From contig NIVC01001728.1 in NCBI GenBank assembly GCA_002269645.1, positions 49,161 to 113,160 on the forward strand: 64,000 nucleotides of DNA, given 5' to 3'. This stretch comes from Macrostomum lignano (lineage: Eukaryota). The notes under the pieces are model-generated. The model searched no databases. It was not told the DNA's origin and saw only the letters and a list, made by a program, of their open reading frames with translations. The translations under genes and the position numbers were made by a program. Shown piece after piece: positions 62,621 to 64,000 of the stretch; position 1 is the first letter of the stretch; each line of letters opens with the position of its first letter.

Positions 62621-63451
62621 CTGTACAACCGAGTAGTGTAAACCTGGGTTGCAGTCACCGCCCCACCAAACGGATAAAATTCAGTAGCAAACAAAACTGA
62701 ACTGAACAGGTTGACATTGGGATAGAACAGATCCACCTCGACGAACACGGCTCTGGTGTAGTTGTCAAGCCAGTTAGCCTCCTTGAGCTGATGCAGCAAG
62801 CTCTGAGCCGCAGCTGCATCATTAGGCAGTACAACAGTGTAGCCTCCACCAGCATAGATGCCCTGCTGTCCCCAGTAAGGCAGGCTGTTCGTCACCCGGG
62901 CTTCCAGACCGGAGAAGGCGAGATCAAATGCCGAGATCCCGTCGCTGAAGTTGCAAGATCGCTGAGCCCTCCAGCCAGGTTCGAAGCAGCTACGCTGGTC
63001 CCGTCCGAAACTGTACGCTGCTGATCCGCCAAGGTTGTCTCTGCTCACTGGCGCTATGCGTAGCTGCCTAAGCGTGGCGTGACCCAAGCGAAAGCCTGTA
63101 AAGTCCGCTATATACTTGCGCTCCCATGCGCTCATGCTTAAACCGTTGAGTCGATCAGTGGGTAAAGCCCAGGTAGAAGAGTTTTCTCTGCGTACACAAA
63201 GTAGTCGCCTCGAGTCTGTACGTTTGCTAGCCCTGTTGCCGATACGTCCGGGTCACTCTGATCGAATAGATGAGCCTTTATGCTGGCGTGCAGGCCGTAG
63301 GTGAAGGGCTCAAGATTGCCATAGCAGATGCAATAGAGCAGTGCCAGCAGGAGACAGCTACCGATTATTTCTACTGCTGTTTTCTTTGCCTTGCGTCTCA
63401 GCTCGCTGCTCTTCTCAATCTCCTCTACTTCGTGCAGATATCGAAAGCCCT
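62621..63451 (-). CDS. PKD1-like polycystin, TM6/TOP-domain exon containing an apparent 1-nt frameshift near 63160
   Basis: EII..LLL..L...YGN..P..Y.L, LLPGLYP, RLG.ATLRQLR, G....Y.GGGY, WLD.YTRAVFVE..L.YPN.NLF. Donor AG|GTAAGG joins the next exon as RLYRYVG. Confidence 0.85.
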
Positions 63452-63581
63452 CTGCGATAATCAATTTTTATGTTGAGTTAAAATAAATTGTTGATCACAG
63501 CTAAGGATGTCTTTTTAATGGACAATAGTAGAAAAGGTATGTTTAAATTATGAATTAAAAAATTAAAGTGCAGAAGCTCAC

Positions 63582-63692
63582 CCGACCCGCATGCGTTGCA
63601 GGATCTCTGAATCGAACTCGAACAAAGTCCATGTCTTTAGCGTCGTAATCTTTTCTTAGCAACACAGAGACGAATAATCCAATGGCCAAAAC
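63582..63692 (-). CDS. PKD1-like polycystin, putative upstream exon
   Basis: (K)VLAIGLFVSVLLRKDYD resembles the PKD1L motif PLKVL.IA.F.ALV.K. Donor CGG|GTGAGC. Phase linkage to the next exon and the structure further upstream could not be resolved. Confidence 0.5.
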
Positions 63693-64000
63693 CTTTAATT
63701 AGGTTTGCATTCATGACAAGATTTATCCGTGCAATAATCAATGTGGGAGACGTCAGCAAGCGTCTTCGACGTCTTGTGGCGTCGATAGAAATACATTACG
63801 CTGTTTTTTATTGTCTCTTTATTAAATATCGGACTCACATGCCTGTATCAATCTACAAAGCAATTTATCGAAATAGAGGGGAAGGCCATCTGCTTTTTGA
63901 CAGCTGTCTGTTCTTTTTTCGATGTGGCAGTGGGGAGGCTAAAACAAATAATGTGCGTAATCGGTAAAACCCTTCTATATGTTTGCATCCGTCAGCGTAT

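Overview
Eukaryotic (metazoan) genomic DNA, not prokaryotic. It has GC-rich, Ala/Gly/Ser-rich exons with GT-AG introns, AT-rich intergenic DNA full of MITEs, and very long minisatellites. The overall style resembles the flatworm Macrostomum lignano (inference only). Recognisable genes: a Tra2 SR-like splicing factor (+, 3 coding exons, 16441-21620), NELF-B/COBRA1 (+, 5 exons, 24189-31794), an intronless FMRFamide-receptor-like rhodopsin GPCR (+, 34530-35939), PBK/TOPK kinase (-, 3 exons, 49222-46849), and the 3' part of a PKD1-like polycystin (-, about 63692-61264, with an apparent frameshift). There are also two orphan ORFs and an unassigned exon at the left edge. Mobile DNA: a 5'-truncated D34D mariner carrying a 67-bp micro-element, RTE-like and other non-LTR remnants, hAT- and MULE-type MITEs, and a 776-bp near-perfect palindrome. 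Most long ORFs in the supplied track are translations of tandem repeats. The most notable observations are these. (1) Almost every intron or 3' flank of the conserved genes carries its own minisatellite, and several arrays amplify the splice site itself: about 13 tandem donors in NELF-B intron 3, about 10 tandem acceptors in PBK intron 1, and 17 in-frame acceptors in a stop-free NELF-B intron 1. (2) There is an AGAA-rich candidate autoregulatory NMD exon downstream of the Tra2 stop codon. (3) RFX X-box motifs are clustered inside ORFs. All exon models were derived by eye and have not been checked against transcripts or databases.
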